From Actinomycetota bacterium (lineage in GTDB: Bacteria; Actinomycetota; Thermoleophilia; BMS3ABIN01), in assembly GCA_023489275.1 (NCBI GenBank), contig JAMDDD010000024.1, positions 10,788 to 74,787 of the forward strand: 64,000 bases of DNA. Reading direction: 5' to 3'. Shown piece after piece: positions 37,632 through 47,705 of the stretch (within the stretch, counting starts at the first letter, position 1; each line of letters opens with the position of its first letter). A model generated the notes under the pieces. The model saw only the letters and a program-made list of their open reading frames with translations, was not told the origin of the DNA and did no database searches. The translations under genes and the position numbers were made by a program.

Positions 37632-39521
37632 ATGACAAACCATTGCAGCAACTCGTCAGCTTCCTCTTTTTCCGTTTTCGATGTTGCCGTCGTCGGTGGC
37701 GGACACGCCGGATGCGAAGCAGCTCTGGCGGCTGCGCGCATGGGGTGTGACACACTCCTGCTTACTGTTAACCTGGAAAAAATCGCACTGATGCCCTGCA
37801 ATCCTGCCGTGGGCGGGGTCGGCAAGGGTCAGCTGACGAGGGAAATCGACGCCCTTGGGGGCGAACAAGGGCGTAACACAGATCGGTCATACATTCAAAT
37901 GAAAATGCTCAACACCGGCAAGGGTCCGGCGGTGAGGGCGCTGCGGGCCCAAGCAGACAAAAAGGTGTATGAAGATCAAATGAAAAAAACTTTGGCGGCC
38001 GAGCCCAGCCTGAAGATACTGGAGGCAATCGTTTCGGAAATTATTGTTTCACGTGAAACAATTTCCGGCGTTAAACTGATTGATGGCAGCGTCATACCTG
38101 CAAAAGCAGTTGTTTTAACGTGCGGGACCTTTCTCCGGGGTAATCTCGTCATTGGCGATATAAAATTTCCAGGTGGCAGAATGGGAGAACCTCCCGCCAA
38201 AGATTTGTCTTTGAGCCTGATCCATTACGGGATCGAAACCGCTCGCTTTCAATCAGCAACGCCTCCTCGAATCGACGCGCGATCAATAAATCCGAACCGA
38301 ATGAAGGTCGAGCCCGGCGACCCGAAACCGGCGATGTTCTCGCCGTTTTCGACAGCGCGTGATGAAAATCAGATTCCCTGTTATTTAACGAATACGACGT
38401 CAAAGACGCATGAAGTTGTCCGGAAATATTTGCATTTATCCCCTTTGAAAACAGGCTCCGTTAGTGGAAAAGGGCCCCGTTACTGTCCATCAATTGATCG
38501 CAAGGTGATTAATTTTCCGGATCGGGACCGCCATCCCGTTTTTGTCGAGCCCGAAGGACGGCACACTAATGAAATGTACCTGCAGGGACTCACCACGAGC
38601 ATGCCGGTTTCCATTCAAGAGTCAATTATTCGCTCAATTCCGGGTTTGGAAGGAGCATGTCTGATGCGCCCGGGATATGCAGTGGAGTACGATTATATTC
38701 CTCCAAGTCAGCTTAAGCTTTCTCTTGAAACAAAAAGAATCTCCGGACTGTTCCTGGCAGGGCAAATAAATGGTACGTCAGGATACGAAGAGGCAGCCGC
38801 GCAAGGCCTGATTGCCGGGATTAACGCTGCAAAGCATATTTCCGGTAACGAGCCGCTAATCTTAAAACGCAGCCAGGCTTACATAGGCGTTCTCATCGAT
38901 GACCTGGTTACTAAGGGAATCGATGAGCCTTATCGAATGTTCACGTCACGGGCCGAATACCGGCTGCTTCTAAGGCATGACAATGCTCACCGCCGCCTGA
39001 GCGGTATCGGCAACCATCTCGGGCTCATCTCTAATCAAAAAGCAGCGATGATTGCCGAAACAGCCGCGAAAATTAACGCGATTATTAAAAGCTATTCTAC
39101 GAGAAGAATACAGCCGAACGATTCAATCAACGATTTTCTCACCTCGCTTGGCACTTCCCCGATCCACGAACCGCAAACCATGGCCCAACTACTCAGACGT
39201 CCGGAGGTCGAGATTGCCGGCTTAATCAAAGCCGTCGGTGATTCAACTCAGCTCGATGACGCCGCCTCCGCGGCGGAAACAGAAATTAAGTACGAGGGTT
39301 ATGTTCAACGTGAGATCGAAGATATAGAAAAACGGCGCGGGCTTGAAAATTCGGCGATCCCCAATGACATTTCCTATGAAGACCTGAACAGCATTTCTAT
39401 CGAGGCGAAAGAGAAGTTGGCGAAGGTGCGACCGTCGACCTTGGGGCAGGCGTCACGGATTGCCGGCGTATCTCCAGCCGATATCGCCGTCCTGTCTCTT
39501 TATCTTAAAGCATTACAATGA
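37632..39521 (+). CDS. mnmG: tRNA uridine 5-carboxymethylaminomethyl modification enzyme MnmG (GidA)
   Basis: Full-length protein with [32 protein letters not shown] and [21 protein letters not shown] blocks. Confidence 0.9.
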   Translation: MTNHCSNSSASSFSVFDVAVVGGGHAGCEAALAAARMGCDTLLLTVNLEKIALMPCNPAVGGVGKGQLTREIDALGGEQGRNTDRSYIQMKMLNTGKGPAVRALRAQADKKVYEDQMKKTLAAEPSLKILEAIVSEIIVSRETISGVKLIDGSVIPAKAVVLTCGTFLRGNLVIGDIKFPGGRMGEPPAKDLSLSLIHYGIETARFQSATPPRIDARSINPNRMKVEPGDPKPAMFSPFSTARDENQIPCYLTNTTSKTHEVVRKYLHLSPLKTGSVSGKGPRYCPSIDRKVINFPDRDRHPVFVEPEGRHTNEMYLQGLTTSMPVSIQESIIRSIPGLEGACLMRPGYAVEYDYIPPSQLKLSLETKRISGLFLAGQINGTSGYEEAAAQGLIAGINAAKHISGNEPLILKRSQAYIGVLIDDLVTKGIDEPYRMFTSRAEYRLLLRHDNAHRRLSGIGNHLGLISNQKAAMIAETAAKINAIIKSYSTRRIQPNDSINDFLTSLGTSPIHEPQTMAQLLRRPEVEIAGLIKAVGDSTQLDDAASAAETEIKYEGYVQREIEDIEKRRGLENSAIPNDISYEDLNSISIEAKEKLAKVRPSTLGQASRIAGVSPADIAVLSLYLKALQ

Positions 39522-40225
39522 CATTGATCGATAAAACGAGTTTGAGAAAGATTCTCCTCAGGCCGCAAATTTCCTTGCTCGCCCGCTTTCTGGATCTGCT
39601 TGCTGAAGCGAATAAAAAAATTAATTTAATCGGAGCCAGCTCTTCGGAACAGATTATTGAAACTCATTTGCTGGATAGTCTGAGCCTGCTTGATTTTGAA
39701 GAGGTTAGGGATTCCCGCCAAGCAATCGATGTTGGCAGCGGCGCCGGCTTTCCCGGCATTCCCCTTGCGATTGCGCTACCCAATCTCAATTTGACCCTTC
39801 TTGATTCAAATGCGAAAAAATGCGGTTTCCTCTCTCGAGTAACCGGCATTCTGGGCCTCTCAAATGTCGAAGTCGTTTGGGAACGGGCCGAGACTGCCGG
39901 GCGCTCCCGCTTCCGCGACAATAACGATTTAGCCCTTGCCCGGGCCCTCGGCCCTCTGCCTCTGACTCTGGAATATGTTCTTCCCTTTGTCGAACCGGGC
40001 GGCCATTGCGTCCTTCAAAGGGGGCGACGTCAGACGGGGGACACCGATGTTGCCGCCGATGTGGCCTGTCTGTTTTCGGGGGAACTTGACCGTGTCACAC
40101 TCGTTAAGCCTTACCCCTCTGCGCAAAACCTGCATGTATGGGTATTTACAAAGGTGGGAAAAACACCGGCGGCCTTTCCGCGACGGCCGGGCCAGGCAAA
40201 AAAACGGCCTCTCGCAGCCTCCTGA
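39518..40225 (+). CDS. rsmG: 16S rRNA (guanine527-N7)-methyltransferase RsmG (GidB)
   Basis: [19 protein letters not shown]-binding motif; overlaps the mnmG stop. Confidence 0.85.
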   Translation: MTLIDKTSLRKILLRPQISLLARFLDLLAEANKKINLIGASSSEQIIETHLLDSLSLLDFEEVRDSRQAIDVGSGAGFPGIPLAIALPNLNLTLLDSNAKKCGFLSRVTGILGLSNVEVVWERAETAGRSRFRDNNDLALARALGPLPLTLEYVLPFVEPGGHCVLQRGRRQTGDTDVAADVACLFSGELDRVTLVKPYPSAQNLHVWVFTKVGKTPAAFPRRPGQAKKRPLAAS

Positions 40226-40295
40226 CGCGTCCCTTTCAATTACGCTATATGGAAGCCTTCTGGCCAGGGCCGCCTGCATCTGATAAAATTTCTTC

Positions 40296-41090
40296 GTGCG
40301 GGCGAACACTTCTATTCAGGCAAGAACCGGCTTGGGAAAAACCTATGCCATCGCCAACCAAAAGGGAGGCGTTGGCAAGACCACCACTTGCGTCAACACC
40401 GCCGTGTGTCTGGCGGAAGCAGGCGCAACCGTCCTTTTGGTTGATATCGATCCTCAATGTAATGCAACCCATGGAATCGGCATCCATGATGTTCCCGGCC
40501 CTACCATCTACGATGTTCTTGTTAACGGGGCCAGGATCGAGTCGGCCATAATTGGAACCCAAATTCCGCATCTTTTCCTGGTTCCATCTACTCCGCATCT
40601 GGCGGGCGCCGAGGTTGAGCTGCCTGAGCTCTCGGACCGCGAATTCATTCTTTCTGGCAAGCTCCGCTCCATGGCGGCCGATTTCGATTATTTGTTTATT
40701 GATTGCCCGCCCTCTCTGAGCCTGCTGACCCTAAACGGCCTCGTGGCAGCGGACAAGGTTATTATCCCGATCCAATGCGAATATTTCGCCCTTGAGGGAC
40801 TGGGCCAACTGCTATCAACGGTGGAAGCGGTACGCGGGAATCTTAATCCCAGTCTGCAGATTGCCGGTTTGCTGATGACTATGTATGACGCTCGTACCAA
40901 TCTATCAACCCAAGTGGTAGAACAGGTGCGGTCTCACTTTCCAGAGTTGACTTATAAAACCATAATACCGCGTAATGTTCGGTTGAGCGAAGCGCCGAGC
41001 CATGGCATGCCGATCTCCCGTTACGATCCTACTTGTGCCGGCTCTGACGCTTATTTTGATTTAGCATCGGAGGTTGTCGAACGTGAATGA
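40296..41090 (+). CDS. parA: Chromosome partitioning ATPase ParA/Soj
   Basis: Deviant Walker A (KGGVGKTT). GTG start at 40296, or TTG at 40332. Confidence 0.85.
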   Translation: MRANTSIQARTGLGKTYAIANQKGGVGKTTTCVNTAVCLAEAGATVLLVDIDPQCNATHGIGIHDVPGPTIYDVLVNGARIESAIIGTQIPHLFLVPSTPHLAGAEVELPELSDREFILSGKLRSMAADFDYLFIDCPPSLSLLTLNGLVAADKVIIPIQCEYFALEGLGQLLSTVEAVRGNLNPSLQIAGLLMTMYDARTNLSTQVVEQVRSHFPELTYKTIIPRNVRLSEAPSHGMPISRYDPTCAGSDAYFDLASEVVERE

Positions 41091-41967
41091 CAGCAAGGGG
41101 CTCGGGCGCGGCCTGGAGGCGCTGTTTAAGAATACAAATAATCAAGTTGGTCAATTGCCACCGGGCGATACCGGGTCGCTGGACTTATACCAAGAATTAT
41201 CCATTGATCAAATTAAGGGCAATCCAAAGCAGCCGCGTACGATCTTCGATGACGCCGCCCTCGCCGAGCTTGCTGATTCGCTGAAGGCGGTTGGCCTCGT
41301 GCAGCCCGTTGTTGTCCGCCGGCGGGGCAAAGAATTTGAAATTGTCGCTGGCGAGCGCCGTTGGCGCGCCGCTCGCCTTGCCGGGCTAAAAAAGATCCCG
41401 GCCATAATCCGTGAGGCAGGCGACGCCGAATCACTGGAGCTGGCTCTGATTGAAAACCTGAGCCGGGAAGACCTGAATCCAATCGATACGGCTCGGGCTT
41501 ATGCCAGCCTGCAAGAGGATTTTGGCATCACCCAGGAAGTGCTTGCCGGCAAGCTCGGCCGGAGCCGGTCTGCCGTCGCTAATACGATGAGGCTGCTGGA
41601 CCTTCCGGATGAAGTTCAGACATTGATCGAGAATGGCAAGCTCTCCGAAGGTCACGGGCGGGCGCTGCTGTCAATCCCCGACCGGCTGCGTCAGCGCCAG
41701 CTGGCCGCCAAGGCTGCTGCCAAGAGCATGACTGTCAGGCAACTTGAAGAGCAGGCAAAAAAAGAAAGCTCGCGGCGCCGGCGAAACGATTCGCGGCCGG
41801 CTCCCGTCAGCCAGGAACTCATGGACGAGGCCACTGATGCTTTATATTCTGCCTTCCGCCTGCCGGTAAAGGTTCGTTGGGCTAGCAAGGGAGGCCGGGC
41901 AGAGCTGGAGTTTGCCAGCTCTGCTGATCTTCGCCGGATCATCGGAGTGCTGGAGAAAGACCTCTGA
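41074..41967 (+). CDS. parB: Chromosome partitioning protein ParB/Spo0J
   Basis: GLGRGLEALF N-terminus, ParB box (VVRRRGKEFEIVAGERRWRAA) and an HTH. Confidence 0.85.
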   Translation: MSNVNDSKGLGRGLEALFKNTNNQVGQLPPGDTGSLDLYQELSIDQIKGNPKQPRTIFDDAALAELADSLKAVGLVQPVVVRRRGKEFEIVAGERRWRAARLAGLKKIPAIIREAGDAESLELALIENLSREDLNPIDTARAYASLQEDFGITQEVLAGKLGRSRSAVANTMRLLDLPDEVQTLIENGKLSEGHGRALLSIPDRLRQRQLAAKAAAKSMTVRQLEEQAKKESSRRRRNDSRPAPVSQELMDEATDALYSAFRLPVKVRWASKGGRAELEFASSADLRRIIGVLEKDL

Positions 41968-42302
41968 TGACGCTGGGGGGGAACCAGGCTTCGCTGAAGG
42001 AGATTATTTCTCCTTATCTTGAGATAGCGGGCATATTCTCGGTTGCTTTAGCAACAACCGAAGGGCTGCTGGTTTCGGTAGCCGGCGAAAATGAGGCGCG
42101 GATGGAAGCGGTTGCCGCGCTGGCCGCCGGATCTTTAACGAATATCGCTGCCCTCGCGGCGGAACTTGGCAACCACCTGCGAATCATGGGCTTTGATTTT
42201 CATCGTCAGGGCCTGATAATCGCGCCACTAACCCGGGAAGTATTTTTGATTCTGCTGGGAAGCGAAGACATCCTGGAATTAATCAAACCCTCCGGCATCT
42301 AG
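41967..42302 (+). CDS. Roadblock/LC7 (MglB-like) domain protein
   Basis: 111-aa alpha/beta pattern typical of Roadblock. Its ATG overlaps the parB TGA (TGATGA), which implies translational coupling. Confidence 0.4.
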   Translation: MTLGGNQASLKEIISPYLEIAGIFSVALATTEGLLVSVAGENEARMEAVAALAAGSLTNIAALAAELGNHLRIMGFDFHRQGLIIAPLTREVFLILLGSEDILELIKPSGI

Positions 42303-42314
42303 CCCGAATCCGCT

Positions 42315-44381
42315 TTACCCATTTACATCCGGCGTCGTTATGGAGCCGGGAGGCTCATGGCCGGTATTGCCGTAAGCATTATCACGGGCATTTGATTTAT
42401 CGCCGCCGGAAAAAAGCACGTATGTGCCTTTAAGCGGAGTGAAAACTATCTTGTCCACCGGTGGCGGGAAGTCATGCCGGGGCAAGTTGCTTTCGGCCGT
42501 GGTCATGAACCCTTTCCATATATCCACGGGAAGACCGCCTCCCCAGACGCTCGTCCCGTGAACATCCGTCATCGGTATCTGGGTGTCGGGGTATCCAATC
42601 CAGACGCTTGTGGAGTAATCGGGGGTGAAACCAACAAACCAGGCATCCTGCAGATTTTCCGTCGACCCGGTCTTGCCCGCGGCCGGATGTTGCGGGCCCA
42701 GGTTGGCCCGCGATGAAGTCCCGTCTTTGACGTCGTCCTCCATCACCTGCGTTACGGTAGAGGCGACGGCGTCGCTGACAACCTGCGTTGGCTGAGGGGT
42801 GGCCTGATAATCAATCGCGCCATCGGGCATCTCAACACGAGTGATCGCCCGCGGCTTTGCATACTTGCCGCCGTCCGCCAGGGTGGCGTAGGCAGACGCC
42901 ATCTCCATCGGCGAAACTCCGTACTCAAGGCCGCCAAGCGCGATTGAGGGATTTGCGGAAATGTCGCTGGTAATCCCGAGCTTCTTGGCTGCGTCTCTGG
43001 CCTTCTCAGGACCGATATCCATGACCAATTGCGCGAAGATAGTGTTGTCTGAATGTGCCATCGCTTGATCGAGATTTGATACTCCGTAATAATGATGATC
43101 ATATGTGGCGACGTGCCAGGTGCCGCCACCCGGCAGCGGAATCTCCATTTCCTTTGACATGTAGTAGGTTTTCATCGGGTTGACACCCTGTTCTACCGCT
43201 GCAGTTAAAACAAACGGCTTGAAACAGGACCCCGGCTGCCGCTTGGCCTGGGTTGCCAGATTAAACTGCGACTTTTGAAAGTCCTGGCTGGAAACCATCG
43301 CCTTGATATAGCCTGTATGCGGATCGATGGATACAAGCGCCGCTGCCGGATCTCCTTTTTCGTACAGCGTTTTCTTGATGGCCGCCAGACCGGCCGCCTG
43401 CAGTTTGGGCTCGATTGTCGTGTAAACCTTGAGCCCACCCTCGAATACTTTTTGCTCACCGTATTTGTCAATCAGCTCCTGTTTGACGTATTCGACGAAA
43501 TATGGATCCGGGCTGACCGTACTCCCTCCATGCACGTCAATCGGCTGGGCTTCAGCGCTGCGTGCCTGCGTTCGCGGGATATAGCCCAGATCAGCCATTT
43601 TCTCAAGCACTTCGTTCCGGCGGTCCGTCGACGCCTTGATGTCATTTTTTGGCGAAAAAGCTGAGGGCGCCTGCGGCAGGCCGGCAAGAGTGGCGCATTC
43701 GGATAGATCCAGCTGGGACACGTCTTTGCCAAAATAAGTCTGCGCGGCGGCCTCAACACCGTACGCGTCCGATCCATAATAAACGGTGTTCAGGTAACGC
43801 TCGAGAATCGTGTCTTTGGTAACGGAGTGCTCCAGCTCTATCGCCAGGATCGCCTCGACCGCTTTCCGGGTGAAGCTCCGCTCATCAGAGACATAAACCT
43901 TTTTTACCAGTTGTTGCGTTATGGTGCTGCCTCCCTCTGCCAGGCGCCCCTGGCTAATGTCGGTCAGAAAAGCCCTTCCGATTGATTGAAAATCGACGCC
44001 GCCGTGCTGGTAGAAACGCTGGTCTTCAATAGCAACGGTAGCCTGTTTCAGATAATTTGGCATGGAGGCCAGAGGAACCACGGTACGGTTCTGCGTTCCA
44101 TAGATTTCCGCCAGCAGACTTCCGTCCGCTGCGTATATCTTGGAGGTCTGACCCAGAGACTGAAGGGTTTTCGCATCCAGCTTGGGAAGATCATGGACCA
44201 GCGCGGAGACGGTCTGGATGCCTACAAGGAGGGCAACAATCAGCCCGAGGGCAACGCTTGCTCCGGCCAGCTTGAGAAAGCTTCTTTTGTTATACCTTTT
44301 GTTTCTGCGCCGACGGGCCAAAGAATAATGCCTTAGGAATGAGCAGGTTAGCCGGGGGCCGGCTGAACTTTGCCGGCACAA
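42315..44381 (-). CDS. Class A penicillin-binding protein (PBP1A; transglycosylase plus transpeptidase)
   Basis: GT51 motifs (EDQRFYQHGGVD, GGSTITQQLVK) and transpeptidase SxxK/KTG motifs; N-terminal TM. Confidence 0.85.
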   Translation of the reverse strand: MCRQSSAGPRLTCSFLRHYSLARRRRNKRYNKRSFLKLAGASVALGLIVALLVGIQTVSALVHDLPKLDAKTLQSLGQTSKIYAADGSLLAEIYGTQNRTVVPLASMPNYLKQATVAIEDQRFYQHGGVDFQSIGRAFLTDISQGRLAEGGSTITQQLVKKVYVSDERSFTRKAVEAILAIELEHSVTKDTILERYLNTVYYGSDAYGVEAAAQTYFGKDVSQLDLSECATLAGLPQAPSAFSPKNDIKASTDRRNEVLEKMADLGYIPRTQARSAEAQPIDVHGGSTVSPDPYFVEYVKQELIDKYGEQKVFEGGLKVYTTIEPKLQAAGLAAIKKTLYEKGDPAAALVSIDPHTGYIKAMVSSQDFQKSQFNLATQAKRQPGSCFKPFVLTAAVEQGVNPMKTYYMSKEMEIPLPGGGTWHVATYDHHYYGVSNLDQAMAHSDNTIFAQLVMDIGPEKARDAAKKLGITSDISANPSIALGGLEYGVSPMEMASAYATLADGGKYAKPRAITRVEMPDGAIDYQATPQPTQVVSDAVASTVTQVMEDDVKDGTSSRANLGPQHPAAGKTGSTENLQDAWFVGFTPDYSTSVWIGYPDTQIPMTDVHGTSVWGGGLPVDIWKGFMTTAESNLPRHDFPPPVDKIVFTPLKGTYVLFSGGDKSNARDNAYGNTGHEPPGSITTPDVNG

Positions 44382-44588
44382 CCTGGCAGGGACGAATCAT
44401 ATCACAAGGAGGTAAAACGTTGCAGCCCCCTGAGCATGAAACGATCCCCAGGGTCTATCCCGCCAGGTGGTTCGTGGCGACCGGGAAGCAAAGAGAAATA
44501 AAAGCAGATAATTGAATTTGGCTGCCAGATTCTTTTGCATCGGCACTATCGATTCCATCCAAAGTCAAATAACCAAAAAATCCGCTTT

Positions 44589-44879
44589 TTACTTGACGTG
44601 CTGGATATATTTCATAAAAACTTCAAAAGCTTCATCAACCGCCAGATCATCCAGGCCCAATTCTTCCGTGCTCTGACGGAGGCACTCTTTCATTCTGTTG
44701 CTGATCAGGAAGACTCCGACCCGGTCGAGGGCCGCCCGGGTGGCGACCAGTTGCGTTAGCACGTCCTCGCAGCGTTTGTCTTCGGAAATCATCCTCTGAA
44801 GGCCGCGCACCTGACCTTCAATCCGCCTCAGCCTGTTGAGCACTTTCTCTGTGTCTGTCTTTGCTTCCGCTTCGATCAC
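44589..44879 (-). CDS. CsoR/RcnR-family metal-sensing transcriptional repressor
   Basis: LNRLRRIEGQVRGLQRMI...C...H pattern of DUF156. Confidence 0.7.
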   Translation of the reverse strand: MIEAEAKTDTEKVLNRLRRIEGQVRGLQRMISEDKRCEDVLTQLVATRAALDRVGVFLISNRMKECLRQSTEELGLDDLAVDEAFEVFMKYIQHVK

Positions 44880-45158
44880 CTCATCACTAAATGTTGAACG
44901 AGCTTAAGAGTCTAGTCCGGCAGGTGCACCCTGCCGGAACAAGCCCTTCGCTTCATCGCGGGAAGTAATGCCAATCGAGCGCCGTGCAGACTGTCCCAAT
45001 TGCCTCCCTGACCCCGGTCTTACCCCTGCGGGTATTATCACACGGGGTTTCCGGAGGCGTCAAGAATGAAAACTGCGGCAATGCTACAATCAATCTGGCT
45101 TTCCCCGAAAATGACATGACCGGGTTCAAGGTTCTGGACCCCCGAAGCAACAGGAATC

Positions 45159-45995
45159 ATGCCCGATAAAAAGGTTATCAGCTGTTCACGGCGCACTGAC
45201 ATCCCCAGGTGCCATTCCGGATGGCTGGAAGAAGCTCTCCGCGACGGCAACGTCCACTTTCGTTCTCCGAGAGGAATTAAAAAGGAGGTTTCTTTAAGGG
45301 AAGAGGATGTTCATTCGATTGTCCTCTGGTCGAAAGGCTACCGGCCATTGCTTTCCCGCGCCGGGCTGGTTAGCCGGCTGCATAATCTGAATCCATTTTT
45401 TCACTTCACCATTACCGGTCTTGGCGGGACAGGTTGGGAGCCGGGGGTTCCGCCATGGACGGAGGCCATGGCGGAGATGGCTGACCTGGTTAATATCTTC
45501 GGACCGGCACGCGTGAAATGGCGCTTTGACCCGGTGATTCACTGGCGCGATGAAAACGGCGCCCTCAAATCAAATCTGCCTCTTTTCTCCGTCATCGGGG
45601 AAAGCGTCGCGGCTCTGGGCGTTTCGGAATGCACCTTCTCTTTTGTCAACTGGTACACCAAAAGCAAGCGCAGGGCTCAAAGAAGCAGACGCGATTATAT
45701 CGAACTCACGGCTGAGGCAAAGCTGGGGGCGGCCCGTGAATTTGCCCGTGACGCGGGCCTGCTTGGAATACGCTTAAGCAGCTGCTCCAACGATGACCTG
45801 CTGTCAGTGGCGGGAATCGCCAAAGCCAGCTGTGTCAACGGCCGTTTTCTCGCCGGGCTAAGAGAAGACGGGGAAGCGGTTTCCGTTGCCAGGGACCGTT
45901 CCCAGCGAGAGCAGTGCGGCTGCACCGTGAGCATCGATATCGGGAGTTATCAGCAATCCTGCGAAGCCCCCTGCGTTTACTGTTACGCCAGCTAG
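45159..45995 (+). CDS. DUF1848-like hypothetical protein
   Basis: The SCSRRTDIP N-terminal motif and Cys cluster resemble DUF1848. Confidence 0.4.
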   Translation: MPDKKVISCSRRTDIPRCHSGWLEEALRDGNVHFRSPRGIKKEVSLREEDVHSIVLWSKGYRPLLSRAGLVSRLHNLNPFFHFTITGLGGTGWEPGVPPWTEAMAEMADLVNIFGPARVKWRFDPVIHWRDENGALKSNLPLFSVIGESVAALGVSECTFSFVNWYTKSKRRAQRSRRDYIELTAEAKLGAAREFARDAGLLGIRLSSCSNDDLLSVAGIAKASCVNGRFLAGLREDGEAVSVARDRSQREQCGCTVSIDIGSYQQSCEAPCVYCYAS

Positions 45996-46016
45996 CCCGC
46001 AGGTGGCTGAGAAAAA

Positions 46017-46199
46017 CTATCTCTTCGCCGTCAGCAGGCTAAAGATGGCGATTCCGATCAGCACGGTCACAAATCCAAAGATATATAGTGCGGTCGTTTT
46101 CTGGCTGTCAGAAAGCCACCAGGCGCTCGTGAAAATAATAATGCCAAAAATTATCTGTGCTGCTGCCACAATCGTAGCGCGGTCGGTTTTCATCGCCAC
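46017..46199 (-). CDS. Small two-TM membrane protein, hypothetical
   Basis: 60-aa hydrophobic ORF; weak support. Confidence 0.25.
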   Translation of the reverse strand: MAMKTDRATIVAAAQIIFGIIIFTSAWWLSDSQKTTALYIFGFVTVLIGIAIFSLLTAKR

Positions 46200-46366
46200 C
46201 TCCGGTTGGTTTGGAAAGTAATTCTAAAAGGATGCTATTATTTCCTCTACAATCTGACAGTTCCACCGGTCTTTTAAACATGACAGCTTAAGCCTTCCCC
46301 CAACCAGAGGGCCCTCTCTGATAAGGTATGCCTCTGCTAAAGGTGATTTTTTGAGGCGTAGATTAA

Positions 46367-46921
46367 TTGGCAGAAGTTAATCATAAATATGAGCGGCTCA
46401 GGGCGCTCCTGCTGGAGAAGGCTTACCTGACAGGCGATTTTGTTCTCACCTCCGGCAAGCACAGCAGGCATTATTTCGACTGCAAGCGTGTCACGCTCGA
46501 TCCGGAAGGACTCTCCATCGCCGCGGAGCTGATCATTGAAAAAATGAAAGCGGCGGAAATTACCGCCATTGGCGGACTTGCCATCGGGGCTGATCCGATT
46601 GTGGCCGGAACCGTCGCCGCCAGCTGGCGGATGGGATATCCGATATCCGGAGTGATCGTCAGGAAAGAACCCAAATCGCACGGGACCAGCAGGTGGATCG
46701 AGGGCCCGGCGGCCCCGGGCGTTAAAGTCGCCGTCGTCGACGATGTTGTTACCAGCGGCGGCTCCATCATCAAGGCAATTGAAATCTGCCGCCGGGAAGG
46801 ACTTCTGCCCGTGGTTGCTTATTCTCTCGTCGACCGCGAGGAAGGCGGAGCGGGCGCGATCATGTCAGACGGCAAGGTTCCGTTTGATCCTTTATTTAAA
46901 TTTGGTGATCTTTTTAAGTGA
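46367..46921 (+). CDS. pyrE: Orotate phosphoribosyltransferase
   Basis: GDFVLTSGKHSRHYFDCK motif and the PRPP-binding VVDDVVTSGGS. Confidence 0.85.
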   Translation: MAEVNHKYERLRALLLEKAYLTGDFVLTSGKHSRHYFDCKRVTLDPEGLSIAAELIIEKMKAAEITAIGGLAIGADPIVAGTVAASWRMGYPISGVIVRKEPKSHGTSRWIEGPAAPGVKVAVVDDVVTSGGSIIKAIEICRREGLLPVVAYSLVDREEGGAGAIMSDGKVPFDPLFKFGDLFK

Positions 46922-46964
46922 CGTTTACGCTGCCGCCGGGGTAAAGCCCTGGTTAAAGATCCGG

Positions 46965-47525
46965 TCAAACCGGCCCCTGGAAAAGCAGCCGGCTGCAAAT
47001 AGCGCAGAACCCAGGCCCCTTGCTGTCAGTGTCTTCAATCGTGTTGGAGAAATGCATGATACATGCGGGGTCGGGGCAGTGAGCAAGCCCGAAGACATGA
47101 CCCAGTTCATGCACCACCTCCTTTTCGGTTCTTTCCTCAAACAGCTGCCTATTGGGTGGCTTTGCGTAAAACTCAGGCCGCAACCGCGCCAGCGAGACAA
47201 GGGCGCAGCCTCTCGCCTGATCGGTCTGGCCAAATACGTAATTTAGGCGGGGGACAAATATGTCCAGGTCCGTGATGCCGAGAACGGCAAACGGTCCCCC
47301 GGCTAATTCATCCGCTGCGGGCATTCGGGAAAGCAGGGAGCCTGACCGGTACTGACGCCGGCGCTTGTTGAGGGCGTCCCATGGGGGTTCCAGCTGATCG
47401 CCGGTGCGCGCAGTCAGGTTGAAAGTTGCGGCGGCGCGGCGCCCTGCCATGACGGCAAAATCCGCACCGATGCCAGAAAAAGGATATACGATCAATCCCC
47501 GGGTGTTCTTGAGAAACAATGTCAT
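46965..47525 (-). CDS. Archaemetzincin-like zinc metallopeptidase (M54)
   Basis: HELGHVFGLAHCPDPACIM motif (HExxHxxGxxH plus the Cys zinc site). Confidence 0.7.
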   Translation of the reverse strand: MTLFLKNTRGLIVYPFSGIGADFAVMAGRRAAATFNLTARTGDQLEPPWDALNKRRRQYRSGSLLSRMPAADELAGGPFAVLGITDLDIFVPRLNYVFGQTDQARGCALVSLARLRPEFYAKPPNRQLFEERTEKEVVHELGHVFGLAHCPDPACIMHFSNTIEDTDSKGPGFCAICSRLLFQGPV

Positions 47526-47705
47526 GTTAGCCTGGCTGTTTTTTCCTCTGACTCTTGTACTCTAACACGGCGGCGAAGATGCGGCTGGCGCCGGCGCCTT
47601 CCGGGAAAGGGGAGCACCTTGCTTACGGTAAATAAAAAGATCGATCATCTTGCTTTGCTAAACTGAATTCAGGCCTTTGCGTCTCAAATTCATTTACGTT
47701 TATCC

